NCBI GenBank assembly: GCA_000708835.1 | Contig: DF237181.1 | Span: 69,474 to 133,473 of the forward strand | DNA length: 64,000 nucleotides | Origin: Klebsormidium nitens | Lineage: Eukaryota > Plantae > Klebsormidiophyceae | Reading direction: 5' to 3' | Shown: positions 1-12,700 of the stretch, piece after piece | How the letters are laid out: the number at the start of each line of letters is the position of its first letter | Position numbering within the stretch: position 1 is the first letter of the stretch | The notes under the pieces: generated by a model | Told to the model about the DNA's origin: nothing | Seen by the model: only the letters and a program-made list of their open reading frames with translations | Database searches by the model: none | Made by a program: the position numbers and the translations under genes

Positions 1-505
1 AGCGGCGGGTTTTCTTTGTGTGCTCACGAGTCTGCTGCTGTGCTAAAGCACTTTGAACTTGTCAGGCTTCACTCATTTGTTCTCAAGCTGCTTCTTGCGA
101 CGGATCCCCGTCTCTCTTTATCGAAGGGCTAGAAGGGCTATACTTCAAACAAGGGGAAAAACGAGCGACAAGCAACGCAGAGAAAGGAGGGAAAATATCA
201 CGACTCGAAACAGAGGAAACGAAAGCAGAAGCAGTTGTAAGATGGTTGAGCAAAGCGCTGTGGAAGGCCAATCTGTTCCCAATCGAGATCCATTATCGAT
301 TGGAGACCGCCTGAGTCTTCGATTTCCCATCACGGTCCAAATACCTTTTGAGTACGCTTCTTCTCCAGCTAGACCAACTTCTGCACTTTCTGATCCACCG
401 TGAGGACTAGAAATCCCTCAATGTTTTTCGCCGACCGATCTCCACACACTATGATTAGACGCGAAACTTGACATTGCTTGCTGAAGTGCGCCTGTCTCAC
501 CGCAG

Positions 506-3500
506 AGTCTGGCACGGGTTCCGGGGAGGAGATCGTGTTCCAGGGCTTTCACTGGGAGAGTCACCGCCACCCGTGGTACCAGGAGCTGGCTGCCAAGGCC
601 GGCGACCTCGCCGAGTGCGGCTTCACAACCGTTTGGCTGCCCCCGCCTACCGAGTCGGTCGCCCCGCAGGGTATGCCCCTGCAAACCAAGCGATCGTTTC
701 GAGCGTCTTCAATACGGGCTGAGATAAGACCAAACTGAATATCATCGTTTCAAAGATGGATTGTACTATAATCATCGTCTAGAGAGGATCTGGCTAACCC
801 ATACTTCAGATAAGAGCTATTTTTGCTACCCTTCAGATAAGCTCGTCTAGGGTTGACGGGCTCCTCTGAGTTGGTGCCAAAATCGAGACTTGCGGTTGCA
901 ACGGACAGGTGTGAACGAGTCTGATCATCTAGCATGCTTGAGTTCTAATGCTAATCTCACGTATCCGCATGCTGCTCGTCGCTGGTGATGCTGCAGGGTA
1001 TATGCCTGTCGATCTCTACAATCTGAACACTCCGTACGGCTCGCAAGAGGAGCTTAAAAAGTGCATAGACGCGATGCACGAGCACAACATCCAGGTAAAG
1101 TCGCGCTCTGTCGAGTTCCCGAGACCGGGGCCGGTCGCTTGCTCCGCTGATAGTCTCCCGTTCTGGATGTTTATTTTCCAGGGTACATGCCCGTCGATTT
1201 CTATAACCTCAACTCGGCCTACGGGTCGGTGGACAAGCTCAAGGCTTGCATTGCGGCGTTGCATGACAAGGAAATCCAGGTGAGAGATTGGGAATCATCA
1301 AAGCTGCGTGGAGGCACGGCGAACCGTAACACTATCTGGGCGTGCTCCAGCTTCGCACATCCTTCCCTGCAGGGCAAGAGGCTGATTCTGCAGGTAGTAG
1401 ATTGACAAGCATACCCCAGTATATCTGCACTGTAAGGCTCTTGCCAGGTTATAGTGTTAGCAAATGACCTGGCACACAGCAAGTTGGAAAGCTCTTGCAG
1501 ATCGGCTTGCAGACGTTGTACGTCCAGGACGCCAAAGTCGCAGACCTGAGATTTCTGCAGACCATTAATTCCCCATCTTCATTTGTCTCTCGGCTCTGCC
1601 GCGGTCATTCGCCTTTAATCAGCGGGGCTTGTGACGTCGATTCTTCCTATCCTACAGTGAACCCCCTGAGCAATCTGTTAGCTTCCTTTCAATGCCCTGC
1701 CGTCAGCTCCTTTTGATGCCCCCGTCTCAGTTTTCTGTCTCCAATACTTCGTCTCCATCTCCTTTGAATCGCTCAAGTTCCCTCGTCGTTGGAAGCTTTC
1801 CCACATTGTTTGTGCGTTGTTCTGCCCTTCTCATCGCGCACTTCTCACGATCTTCAGAACAAACACCACTTCGAGGTGCTGGTCGTGACCCTAAGACGAC
1901 GAAACCCGAACTTTTGAAACCTGGAAGCTTTTGGAAACCCTGTCATCTTCATGCTTGCAGGTTTTGGGCGACGTCGTTCTGAACCACCGCTGCGCATCGA
2001 AGCAGAGCCCCGACGGCACGTGGAACATCTTTGGCGGCAAGCTCGCGTGGGGCCCCAACGCGATCGTGCGCGACGACCCCAACTTCAAGGGGCAGGGCAA
2101 CCCGTCGAGCGGCGACATCTTCCACGCGGCGCCCAACATCGACCACTCGCAGGCAGGCAAACCGCAAAGAATTGAACCACTGATGGTCGATATGGTTTGT
2201 GTCACTACCCGTCTAATTGTTGACGACAAAGATGGACACATTGAAAGTCATTGTTCTCGAGAGGTTTTGGCCACATTGACCCAAACCTAAAGCAAAACCC
2301 TGGCATATTTTGCAAGTGGACCGCTCGTGGTCAGAACCTGCCGACTGGGATCGTTATGTGAGGTTCGGATGGCTGTGACGCAGTTTCGGCCGTCGTAAAC
2401 ATCTGCGATCCGCTTGCAGGAGTTTGTGCGTCACGACATCAAGGGTTGGCTCGAATGGCTCCGCAAGGACATTGGATACGACGGCTGGCGTCTCGACTTC
2501 GTCAGGTGAGCGCTGATTGGGCAGTTGACCGGCGATGCAACTTGGTGCGCGCTCCCTTGTGCAATTCCTCTTTTATTAGACTTATTTTTGCGCTATCAAT
2601 AGATTTCTTTGCAAGCTGGTGACGACCACGTGTCATGAGAACGTGGCACGTTTCTTCTTCACAGGACGCTTCGGGTCGTCGTCTTGTCCGGTTGTCAGCT
2701 TGTTAACTAGACTCTCGGGCTTCGGTCTTTCTAAAAGAGGACTCCGTGTTGTCCATGGCACCAGGCACTGGAGTGAGTCTGTGCCTGAATTCAAACGGTG
2801 GGGTTGAGAGGTGCTTCGAGCGCTGTCAAAAAGCACTTCCGCTCAAACGGACCGAGCTTTTTCCGCGTCCTTGGCTGACAAGAAACTTTTCTGAACGTCA
2901 CAGGGGCTTCTGGGGCGGCTGGGTGAAGGAGTACATCGAGTCCAGCAAGCCCAGCTTTGCCATCGGCGAGTACTGGGACAGCCTGGCGTACGAAAACGGG
3001 CAGGTCTGCTACAACCAAGGTGCGGCCGGCTCTTCAATCTTTGTTCATTTGAGCACCTCACGCTCATTGCGCTTGCCAAAGTTTGCCACATGGTCGTTTC
3101 TCTCCTAAGTTGCTTTGGAGGCTCTCGAACCTTGTTTGTTGAGTACCTCACGCTCGTGGGGCATTCCAACGTTTGCAACCATGGTTCGATTTCTCCAATT
3201 GTTTCATTGAAAGCGAACGGTAACTTGGCCTAAGTCTGAGCTCCATTGGTAGACTGAGAGTGCGTTCTTCTACGAGCCTCGTCAGGAAAGCTTTTATGAG
3301 ATGCGGAGAACCAAGTCACACCCTTTTCCAATACACACAGCGACAGCGCATTCCCCCGACTTGAAAAGTACACCCGTTGAAGCCTGGTCCAGTCCAACAT
3401 ACGCGCTGAGTCTAGTTCCTGCCACGTGGCATCGCTCGCCTAGCTGCTAACGTGTTGCTGACGTGTCATTCGTCTATGCAGATGCACACCGGCAGCGGAT

Positions 3501-5262
3501 CATCAACTGGATCAACGCCACCGGGGGCGCTGCTTCAGCATTTGACGTTACGACCAAGGTGACTTGGCGCTTATCTTTGTCATATCCACTAGCGTCCTCG
3601 CTTTTCGACTGTTTTCATGGTTCGTGCAAAGGGCCATTCATAACTATGGACAGCTCCTTCTCCGACGTAATGATTGAGAAAGTAGAACGGGTGTGCTAGG
3701 CAACCAGTGATCAGTGGCATAAGCAACACCACAAGAACTTCCAAACTTTCTTGAAAATTGAGCCTTCAGTCTAGAGTCCGCGTGTGCACGTGATTTGGAA
3801 AGGCTGCACTTATCAGAGATGAGCTTGTTCTGCGAAGTGTCGTTCTGCGATTGGGTCCAGCAAAAAACTTTCTGTCGTCAAGCATCGCGTCCTTGACTCG
3901 CTGGCCAAATCCAGGCGGGTACAACATCTGCCAATGCGAATCCTGTTTCATTACAAAGCCTCCACTCTCTCTTCGGCACGTAATCCGCTACATCCGCCAA
4001 CATTCTGAGACTCCCAGCCGTATGATCTGCCAGTTCCTTCGGGCATTTTTCAAGCGATCGTCCGTTTACCTCTGCAGGGCATCCTGCACTCGGCGCTGCA
4101 CAACGAGTACTGGCGCCTGATCGACCCCCAGGGCAAGCCCCCCGGGGTGATGGGCTGGTGGCCGTCTCGCGCGGTCACCTTCCTCGAGAACCACGACACC
4201 GGCTCCACCCAGGTCCGACATCGTGGCCGTGACCAGGATCCTTTACCCCTTCTAGTTCAACTACTCCGCTGAAGTGTCGGTGAATGGTGGCGTTCCGCCA
4301 GAGCAATAAGGAAGCTGCTCCGTATAGGAAGCGTTTGTCGAGAAAGCAGGTTGTGGGCTCGGAAAGCTTGCAGCCGCATCGCATCGCTTGTGGAGTATCA
4401 TAGCCCATAGAAACATTCGTCACCCTGCGCTTGGCGCGCTGAGGGAGTCCCGAAGAGCTGTAAGAGCTACCGGTCACCTTCTGCCGTCTCGATGCTCCTG
4501 GTTCGCATTTCGAGCTTTCGCGGCTCTGAGGAAAGCCCGGCGCTGATTTTGTTTTGAGGTGCTACTTTGCAGGCACATTGGCCTTTCCCTCGGGACAAGC
4601 TGCTCCAGGGATACGCCTACATCCTTACCCACCCCGGAACGGTAAGCCCTTGATTCCGGCAGGGACTGAAAAGTCCACGCATAGTCCTTCATTACCGCTT
4701 GAACGTCTTCAACAAGGAGCCTCGGACTGAGAAGAAAGACCAAGCCTGAGCAGCTTGTTCGTTTACACTGAAGATTTGCAGTGAGCTAGCCGGACTACGT
4801 CCATCAGTTAAGCAGCATGGTCTGAACCTGACAATCTGTCACGTTTTACTCCTGAACCATAACGTCAGCGGCCTTTTACCCCAGCAGCTTATGCGCCAGG
4901 GCGGTCTAGGAACCGCGTTTTCCAAAAAAAGTGATTCCTCAATGGTGACGTGAGCGCTTCGTGTCCAGAATTGCATTCTCTTGCTGCAGCCCACCGTGTT
5001 CTACGACCACCTGTACGACTTCGGCATGCACGACCAGATCGCTGACCTCCTCAAGGCGCGCATCCGCGCCGGCATCAAGTGCCGCAGCCCAATCAAGATC
5101 CTGCACGCGACGATGGAGGGGTACGCTGCCGTCATCGACAAGAAGCTGTGCATGAAGATTGGGCACCTCGACTGGAGCCCAGCCAAGGAGAACAACCTCG
5201 AGGGGCGATGGGGGAGGACGCTAGACCGAGGGACGGACTACCAGATCTGGGAGAAGGAATGA
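506..5262 (+). CDS. AMY3: Alpha-amylase, GH13, plant AMY3-like catalytic domain (5' exons unresolved or outside the window)
   Basis: Exons traced at splice junctions: 506-670, [997-1094 OR 1182-1279], 1961-2152, 2420-2505, 2904-3019, 3482-3558, 4078-4212, 4573-4641, 4990-5262 (TGA). The spliced protein carries GH13 motifs [31 protein letters not shown] and [31 protein letters not shown] and [17 protein letters not shown] match plant AMY3. Confidence 0.93.
997..1094 (+). other. Alpha-amylase alternative exon A (candidate mutually exclusive exon)
   Basis: ctgcag|GG TAT ATG...ATC CAG|gtaaag; 98 nt; encodes [33 protein letters not shown]. Confidence 0.85.
1182..1279 (+). other. Alpha-amylase alternative exon B (candidate mutually exclusive exon)
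   Basis: ttccag|GG TAC ATG...ATC CAG|gtgaga; 98 nt, same splice phases as exon A; encodes [33 protein letters not shown]. Confidence 0.85.
3041..3220. repeat. Diverged tandem duplication (~91-bp period) in an amylase intron
   Basis: ttgttcatttgagcacctcacgctcattgcgcttgccaaagtttgccacatggtc (3041) vs ttgtttgttgagtacctcacgctcgtggggcattccaacgtttgcaaccatggttc (3132). Confidence 0.75.
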
Positions 5263-7230
5263 GTTGATTGCGGGCCCGGCAGGACAAACGTACGGATGGA
5301 TTGTACACTCGGGCGCTAGCGATTGGTTTGCATGGCTGCAGATTGATGTGTTGCGGTGTTGAAGCAACAAAGTATTGTTTCTGCGCTACAGCGGCAGCAG
5401 CGGCGGGCATAATGAACAAGTATTGGGGTTCAAATACTAGGTACGCAGCTACCTATCGGTCCGACTTTGCACTGATGTGACTTGTTTTCAATTGAGTTTC
5501 GAGCATTTGCACCAGGATGTATGCTAGCTAAAGCTGCTCAAGCCCACCGGGTGTAATCCGACGAGGTAGCTGCATTAACACGACCGGTAGTAGGCTGTCA
5601 GAAGTTGGTCAGGGATCTCAGGAAAGTAGAAAACACGAAAATGACTTGGAAGGAACTAGCAGAGCCGCAAGTAATCCCACAGACTCGATATGAGCAGCAC
5701 TTTGCCAATTCCACTAAGCAGTGGGCACTCCATATGCTCTCAGATAATCGTTGCAGGGGTTCGGTTCAAGCACGTCCTCTACCCATGTTGAGAGATGCAG
5801 CAATCAACCTGGCGCATAGCCAGATGCGCGTTGTCAGCATGATTCAATGCTGCCTTGACGCAGTCGTGCACAGACTTCACTGAGGTGATCACCGTCGGCC
5901 ACTCGACGCACACGGGCCCCTACTAAGCTTTTGGGGCCAGTGACCCTCAGCAGCGTCTGGCATGCATTGCATGAAGCGGGCGCTAGGCGCATGGTAATCT
6001 AAGACTTAACTTAGGGCGGCATGCCATCATGACAACAGCTGAACTTTGGAGCCGGAGTCGTACACGATATTGAAACAATACAATATACGTGCATATACAG
6101 ATCATGCATGGCACATGCTAGGCGGGCGGAAATTCTATATAATCCTGCAAAACAGAAGTGACGCGTCATGAAGGGGGGGACGGGCCAAACACCACTGAAA
6201 CGTTGTGAACCATGATCCGATCTCACACCGTCAGATGAAACATTTCCCATGAGATCTGGACGTCAGGATTGCATATTTTGGAAGTCCCAAGACCGATGCG
6301 GTCCTCGGCTGGTCCGATGAAGGAAGGGCTGCGAAGAGTGTTAGAAGAAGGTCAAGGGCATTTTGGCTGCTAAACCCACCTATAAACCTGCCCCCAATTC
6401 CTCCGGCGCTCTGCCCGGACCCCAAACTTTGCCAGGTTTTCATGAAGGTGATCCCCTGCATGGAGGTTCAATCCCACCAATTTTCATTTCCGGGCAATAA
6501 CTAGTAAGCCGTTTGCCAGGCTGCTGCATGGCACACGGTTCATGTTGCTAACTTTCTTACCTGGGGCCCGTGCATTTTGGTCCCCTTGAGTGACGTAGTG
6601 ATAGCTAGTCCAGTATGGATCAACTTGCTGCATGGTTCAGTGTGGGTCGATCATATATATATATACCATGCAGCCGCGCCCGGTCTTACTAATATTGACC
6701 GAGCTTAAGTCAAGTATCCAGCCTAGATGCGTGCAATCCACTAGCCGGGCCCGGTTATACAATTCGAACAGCTCAACAGCTCGAGTCTGGCATCGATCGA
6801 TCGGATGTTGTTATCAATATATAGACCTCAGGACTTACCAAAGAAAATTTCGTATACTACGGCACCGTAAAGACATAGTTTTCGGTCACGAGCTTAATTG
6901 CGAGTGAAGCCGAAGGTACGTAAAGTGCATGCCACTGAGGCCAGGCTTGCAACTGAAACAGAGGCCCACTGGTGGGGTAGATGACACTGACTGCTCGTGA
7001 TTGGATAGATGTCGTTTAATCCTAGGCAGTTGGCAGGCCCTACCGCTGTTATCTAGCCCTACAATCGCTGGGTAACATTGGTCCGTTAACCTGACGTATG
7101 GTACATGTACGCGAAGATGTTTGAGCCAGCCCCATGTCCAACATTGACATGGTAGGTCTCCGTTCTTCGTTGACACAATCAGCTAATGCGTCTGGAGAAG
7201 GTCCTCAAATTCTATAGGTCGCATCTCGCC

Positions 7231-8576
7231 TCACGAGACTTGCTTTACGGCCTCCTCTACAACGTCGACATTCTGCTGAAGGACCCTCCACTGCTCAAGG
7301 GTCAGCGATATTCCTGGAACACATTAAAGAATCAAAGGCTCTCGTGAGTTGGTCAATACAGAAACAAATCAAACCGATGTGCAAGACAGCTTGGGGGGAA
7401 TCAGCAAGGCCAACGCAGAAGAATAGCGTCAGAACAATTCTGCTTGTGGCTATTGGCTGGGCCTTTAAGTGTGCTCACCCTTTTTGCCGGGTAGTTGCTC
7501 CCCGTTTTTCTCGTAGTATTCCCGGATTGAGACCAGCGTCTGGTTCTTCCACTTTGAGACAGTCACTTTCTTATTCCCGCTTAGCTGCACAAGGATCATA
7601 CTCGAGTTAGGCGGAGTTAGGCGGATCATGTGGTCCAGACAAAGTGGAACCGGCTGTGGTTCTGGAGGAGGGCTCCATTGTATAGTCCAAAAGGAGGAGT
7701 CTCCAACAGATCCGGCATGTGATAAGCTGAGGATCGCCATCACTTACAAGAAACACTACTTCGAAGCAGGTTCCTGATTGACAGGATCACGTTCTTTGAT
7801 GAGTGAATTCGTGGCGTACCTCACAAACGAGAAGATTCCCATCCCCAATGTACTGCCACTTGTCTGGCTGTGCGCCCTTCTTCTCCACCACCTCCTTGAC
7901 TCGCTTAGCCTCGGGGGCTTTGGACCCCCCACCGGACGGCCCCTCCTTTTCAGGCTTTTTTCGCTTCACTTCGATAGGCGCCTCTGGTTCCTCTTCAGGC
8001 TGCATCAGTTGGCGAAGGAGTTATGCTATGACTGATAAGTTGAGTCTTCGCTATTGAAAGACCGAGTTGTCCCGTGGTCACATTCATGATGCGCCCTGAT
8101 CAAGAGGTATCCCGCACAAGCCACCTCGTCGCTTGGGAATGACAGACCCTTTTGTAATACTCTTCAAAAATTGGAGCCCTATAGCCGACATTCTCAGCGT
8201 ATATCCTGACAACTTGACAGAGTGTCTTTCTCTGCTTTGATAAACTCAAGAGATCGTCTGTATCAATCTACGCTCCTTGAGATCAGATTGCCCCAGTCTT
8301 ATCATTGCGACTCTGCCCCAAGTACGTCATCACCACTGATTTGCTTCTCACAGGAGCCAGCCAGAACATCAAAATCTTCACCTCATCCTGGTCCAGAAAC
8401 TCGCCGATGACGGCCCTCAGGAACTTCTTTTCCTCCTCGCCCCCCAGCTCGAGCCCCAGCTGTTTCTCCAGTGCAGTCCTCAGCTTCCTCTCAGTCATGT
8501 CCTCCATATTTGCCCCCTTCAGCTCTTTGATAGCAGCCTCCCGCACCTGCTTCTGAGCTTCGGTTGACAGCCCCAT
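7231..8576 (-). CDS. KELP: KELP-like transcriptional coactivator (DEK-C + PC4 domain)
   Basis: Exons 8576-8382, 7999-7820, 7584-7479, 7313-7231 (TGA), all GT-AG. The N-terminus is DEK_C-like (ANMEDMTERKLRTALEKQLGLEL) and the C-terminus is PC4 ([27 protein letters not shown]). Confidence 0.9.
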
Positions 8577-8604
8577 CCTAACGACACAGGACGACTAGGG
8601 CCCA

Positions 8605-8764
8605 GGGGCGTTCAGTTCTTTTGAGGCAGAAGCGTTCAGCTGATGCTAATCAACGAACGCCGAGAACAACAATCAGAAATGAGTAAGCCCCTTGGGGGCG
8701 TTCTTCTAAATTGAAGCAGAAGCGTCCGGTTGATGCCAGTCAATGACGCCAAGAAGAACGAGTC
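8605..8764. repeat. Diverged tandem duplication (90-bp period) in the KELP/ELM1 divergent promoter
   Basis: ggggcgttcagttcttttgaggcagaagcgttcagctgatgctaatcaacgaacgccgagaac (8605) vs ggggcgttcttctaaattgaagcagaagcgtccggttgatgccagtcaatgacgccaagaag (8695). Confidence 0.75.
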
Positions 8765-9709
8765 ACTGCAGCAATATGTTTGCCTGGTATCAAGGATGCC
8801 GTTCTCCTTCCAATGCTGCTTTCATTCTCCTTGGGTCCTTCTTCTGAAGGCCAACTCTGGAACTTGGGGTTGCGTCTTGGTTTTCAAACCCCTTTTACTG
8901 AAGTGCTGAGAGACCTTTCCAATCAGCAGGCTTGCATTGCACAGTTTTGGGAGCGCAGTTGGCTGGGTAACATGCCTTGGTGCACAAGCGCGCTATTTTA
9001 GTGACCAACTATGGAACCTGGCTGCCAAAGTGCAGCTTTTGCCCAAGAGCTTTCACCCACTGGCATGAGTGCCACAGTGTGGGGATCTGCTCAGGAAGAA
9101 AGCGCTACAACTTCAAGGGGGAAGCTGAGCAATGCCAATGGGCGACAAGCTATGCACGGAGGAAGCGCAACGAAAGTTACCTAAGCGGGTATAAGCAGCG
9201 GCACGACCGTCATAAGCAGTTAACCTGAGCTCCTTGCAAGTTGCATGTACTTAGCTTAAAAATCTCTAGCTTTGCCAAATTTTAGATCCATTTCTAGAAA
9301 GCACAGAGCAAACGTAAGTACCTATATGTAACGCAAGTCTGAAGAGTTGGTGAGATTGCTAGAGCCAGAACTTCCGTTACAATTCGAGCCCCAATGGGCC
9401 AAGTTCTATAGACGAAATGACAAGTCTCCATCCTAATATTACTTCTCGCATAAGAAGGCAAGAGTTCACTTCCCCATATGCTAAATACTTCAACTTCAAG
9501 TTTTCTTTTCCACACGGCATTGCAATCTCCAAGAAGTGAATGCCAGAAAGGACGCCGAGCCATGCCCCTTCTCTTGACCTGCTGCATGCAGACGACCTTT
9601 CGATGAGGTGGCTGTGGTTCTCTGGCATTCAAAACGACGCATCATTGGTGTAAAATTGGAATTATGGAGGGCGCAGCCTTGAACAGCCTCGATTGATCTT
9701 TGCTAAGGG

Positions 9710-12700
9710 ATGGATTCCTCCGGCGTTCCTGAAATCTTCAACCGCGGCCTTGATTGCGTCGTCCGGCGAGCTGTGATTATTGGGAACGGGGCGGCGGGCG
9801 CAGAGAAGCAGTGCGTGGGCCTTGTGCGCGCACTGGGCCTGCCAGAGCGAAGCTGCCTGCTGCAGGTGGGGGGGTGCCGCCTGAAATTGGTGGTTGAGTG
9901 CTGCGTAGAAAGCGGTTTGAAGCTTGTGATGAAGTGCGTCAGGGAGGGTATGTGATGTGAGAAGGAAATATATGGTTTGATTGATTGGCGATGGAAAGGT
10001 TTTCGCAACCTGCACCTTGAACAAAGTCTACCCGCTGCACGATTGAAGAAACGGTACCACCGACTGCCTCTTTTTCTTCCAGGCTTGAGTTGACAGCGTC
10101 AATTCACTAGATTGCGTTTTTTGCACAATTGATGGTCAGTTTGACTCTTGATGCCATGTTATGAAAGTTATTTGATCCCCTGCCCCTTCTGACGGGACAA
10201 CCACAGATCAGATCGCTCGAAACTTCGTCCCGAACCCCCTCGTTAATTTGATCTGGGCGCAATCAGAGGGTTCCTGTTTTGCTTATTTGCTTGAAAACAT
10301 AAGCACCACCAGTTCTATTTCAAGGAAGCAAACTGGATAGGGTCTGTTTGGCAGCTCCAACTCTGTTCAAAACCTTCTTGTTCAATCCCTCTGTTCATAT
10401 CGAGCTCAGCCCCCCTTTCTTTGTCCCCCAGCGAGTAAACCGCCCTCGTGACGGCCTCCACCACTATCTGCGATGGCTCCCCCTGGCTTGGCACAACAAC
10501 CTGCACCGGACGCTCGCTTATCTGGCGAACCGCTCAACTCAAGTGGTCCCCAGTTCGTGGCTGCGTGAGGGGCGAAACGACGGGGTGCAGGAGGGCGCGC
10601 GGATCGGGGTTGCTCGAGACGTGCCCGATGCGGACCCGGAAGCAATTGCCAGGGAAGCGAACAGCCAGCTGAACAGGTGAGAATCGGTTTCGCTTTTTCC
10701 ATCGCTTACGACTCCGGTGAAGCAATTTGGTAGTTAATTGGTCTATGCATCTTCAGCGTATACACACTGCCGCCAGCTTTCGAACAGTGTAATCACCACG
10801 TTTGAGAGGAGGTTCATGCCATCCTAGTTTCCTTTCCTGACGCCTGTTGATATGCTGGGGAGGAGCGAGCGGCCAAAACTTGTCCAGCTAAGCCTAAGGT
10901 CGATCTGGCCAGGCGTTCCGCAGAACAAGGGACTGAAGTGCCCGAAGCTCGAAGTCTGGAGCCCAACTCACCGGCCCTCGTTGTCTACTGCAGAGAGGGC
11001 CCACTTCTTGTTGTTGCGTCGGGGCGCGACACGTGGATGCTGGCGGCCGAAGTCAAACGACAGGCGCCTTCGACCACCTTCGTTGTACAGGTGGGGACAA
11101 TATCTTGGCATTCCTGTCAAGTCGATGCGTGCCTTTTAGAATCATGATTTTCTGGACACAAAGTTGGTCAGTACATCGAAGTCAACATTTCTTCTTCGCG
11201 CAAGAGTCGAAGAGACGCGTATTCTGTTCGCCAGGCTGTCAAGCAACTGTAAGTCGGGACTCAGAGCTTCGTCCTCAATGATTAGAACTCGAGCTGAGTA
11301 CTCCGTCCCATTGCCTGGTCTTCAACCTCCTCCAGCACCAACTGTCCTGCTTTAGTTATGATAAGGTGCTGCAACGTTGCAGATTCTCGTTGTTTGTTAC
11401 TTGGTATCCACTGTCAGAACGTCAATCGTTTTGGCAAAAGTATGATACGGAGGAAGTTTGTTTGCCCTCGACATCACAGTACTTACAGTCATAGCAGCGC
11501 CAACTGTCTTCCGTATATGTCTTCCGTACCACGCTTTTCAAACGTCGGATTCAAGTGATCTTTTTCTTGATGTCGCCAGAATCATTCCTCGGCCTTATAC
11601 CCAGCTCGTCTCTCTCCGTGCGTAGATTCAGCACCCCCGAGCGGACGTCTCCCAGTTCGATCTAGTTATCACTCCTGCCCACGACTTCTATCCGACCACT
11701 CCCGTGGGCCAAGCCGAAAGGCGGGCGGCCCTGCCTTTTTTGGGCAAGCACCAGCAGCTCATACCCAAGCTGCCGGTTGGGCTGCAGCAATTACTATTGC
11801 CCCAGCTAAACCCCCCTTCTAAAAACATGGTGAGGGAGTGAAAACGCTGCTTGCATCGTCCCTTCGAGGTATGGTTCAAAAGGCGAGTTCCTTAGTCTCA
11901 TGAAAGGGTTCCTCCTGGGGTGACTGCCGGGTGGGTGTGCCGTTCCTGACACGAACGGCAGTCGAGTAACCCAAGTATGACTGGTAGGAGGTTGACAACG
12001 AGGGGCTTGAAGCTCGCTCAGCCAGCCGTGAATATTTCAAGCAACTCTGATTTTATACGTACAGGCTTGGTTGTGAAGGGTGACTTGTTGCTACACCCCG
12101 CACGTTACTCTATGTGGCGCTCTTGAAGTCTCCGATTCTAGCGCTACCCTGTGTGAGATCAATGAGGGATCTGGTCTGGCGGCCACAGTTGACGAGAATG
12201 GTAACATCTCACGTGTAGGGCCCGCAAAAGCATCATGTCGTCTCCTTCAGCACCACGTGCTTGCATGGTCGAACATTCCACAATGTTCGACCGCTTGCGA
12301 AGCGCAGCGGCGGCCCGCATACACCGGGCGACACAGACATCACAGCCGCAATCAAGTCTGACAAAAGTACCAGCATAGTACGTGACTCCCACCCTTTATT
12401 GACGCAGGTCCTAACAGTCGGCGCCCTCCACACTGTCGACACCGCCGTGCTGCGCATGGAAACCGCGCGTTGGCACGACGTTTTCTCCTCTCTCCCCGCC
12501 CCCATAGTCGCCGTCAGCATAGGCGGGCCGACCCGGCACTGTCCGTACGGACTCGACTTGGCGGCGGAGCTCGTGACGGGGCTTCGGACGATGCTGGCAG
12601 CGAACGGGGGGTGCGTACGGATGACGATGTCGCGACGGACGCCTGCGCACATAGCGCGGCACGTCCGGCAGGAGCTGGCTGGGGAGAGCCGGGTGAAGAT

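Noticed and set aside
53-403. 116-aa ORF upstream of the amylase catalytic exons
   Set aside because: No recognisable AMY3 or CBM motif and no confident splice link to 506. It could be intron or an unresolved upstream exon.
6461-6480. ggttcaatccc, resembling a tRNA T-loop/B-box
   Set aside because: No pairing T-stem, cloverleaf or A-box could be built around it.
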